DNA of 58,200 nt, taken from the NCBI GenBank assembly GCA_039799785.1, contig JBDLRZ010000045.1:1-58200 (forward strand). Direction: 5' to 3'. Position numbers and translations under genes: made by a program. Below the pieces are notes generated by a model. That model searched no databases and was not told where the DNA came from. It saw nothing but the letters and a program-made list of their open reading frames with translations. The DNA comes from Bacillota bacterium. Lineage in GTDB: Bacteria; Bacillota_I; Bacilli_A; RFN20; CAG-826. Shown piece after piece: positions 57,788 to 58,200 of this stretch (its first letter is position 1; every line of letters starts with the position of its first letter).

Positions 57788-58200
57788 ATGTTAAAACCAC
57801 ACCGCAAGCTTGTGTTCAAAGAAACTTTTGGGACATTGAATCGTGAGGTTTGGAATTTAGAAGTTGGTGAAAAGTGGTTTAATGATGAACGACAATGTTA
57901 TGTTGATTCACCTAAGAATTTACAACTGACCAAACAAGGCTTGCGCATCATCGCTGATGTTTCACCTGCCTTAAGTAAATGCCGTTATCAATCGATACGG
58001 ATGAATACAAAAGATAAAAAAGAATGGCAATATGGAACTTTTATTGCGCGAGCAAAACTTCCACATGGCAAGGGTTCTTGGCCTGCTATCTGGTTTTTAG
58101 GTCATGATATTGGAGACGTCAAATGGCCTTTATGTGGCGAAATTGATTTATTGGAAATGGTGGGACATGATCCTGAAGTGATGCATTTTAGTTTGCATTC
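57788..58200 (+). CDS. Second GH16 glucanase, no signal peptide (partial; runs off the right edge)
   Basis: Translation from the ATG at 57788 is MLKPHRKLVFKETFGTLNREVWNLEVGEKWFNDERQCYVDSPKNL...YGTFIARAKLPHGKGSWPAIWFLG...CGEIDLLEMVGH (catalytic ExDxxE at 58139-58156). It is not in the ORF track because no stop falls within the window. Confidence 0.8.
   Translation, partial: MLKPHRKLVFKETFGTLNREVWNLEVGEKWFNDERQCYVDSPKNLQLTKQGLRIIADVSPALSKCRYQSIRMNTKDKKEWQYGTFIARAKLPHGKGSWPAIWFLGHDIGDVKWPLCGEIDLLEMVGHDPEVMHFSLH

Noticed and set aside
1-58200. CRISPR arrays, IS elements, prophage genes, toxin-antitoxin pairs, rRNA genes.
   Set aside because: Gene packing is dense. The largest non-coding gaps are about 230 nt and are accounted for by promoters, terminators and one tRNA. 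I saw no regularly spaced direct repeats and no small two-gene cassettes.

Overview
AT-rich bacterial chromosomal window, apparently from a low-GC Firmicutes/Tenericutes organism (Acholeplasma- or Erysipelotrichia-like; this placement is an inference from gene content and is untested). All calls come from reading the translated ORFs and the DNA by eye; no database search was run. TGA is a genuine stop codon here: prfB carries the classic CTT TGA C +1 autoregulatory frameshift site.

Positions 1-37.9 kb are mostly housekeeping genes:
- a TetR regulator with an ABC ATPase;
- a VTC-domain/DUF4956/B-repeat cluster;
- rluA-like and yfhO;
- the rsmI-ricT-holB-tmk-recR-dnaX block;
- prfA-prmC-rpiB-comFA-comFC-secA-prfB-yitT-uvrB-secG-folD;
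- an M29 aminopeptidase and glnA;
- an ECF sigma/anti-sigma pair next to a YolD/Y-family polymerase module;
- a gcvT-H-PA-PB operon followed by an APC permease;
- a pncA-like hydrolase and a lone tRNA-Ala(CGC).

From about 38.1 kb to the right edge lies a tightly packed, single-strand carbohydrate locus. Part of it is recognisable:
- a GH94-clan-like phosphorylase;
- a multi-CBM surface lipoprotein;
- a lipoprotein solute-binding protein (SBP);
- four CUT1-type permeases;
- two GH16 beta-1,3-glucanases, one of them interrupted by an in-frame TGA.

Its core is functionally uncharacterised: a roughly 1000-aa membrane-anchored SBP with CBM-like N-terminal modules, an NHL-TPR-Yip1 membrane protein, and a DUF5696-like protein. 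This core is the best candidate for an undescribed system. The bacterial VTC/DUF4956 module is the second.

Several genes have a TGnTAnAAT box 6-7 nt upstream of the ATG, which suggests leaderless mRNAs. I saw no CRISPR arrays, IS elements, integrases or rRNA genes.
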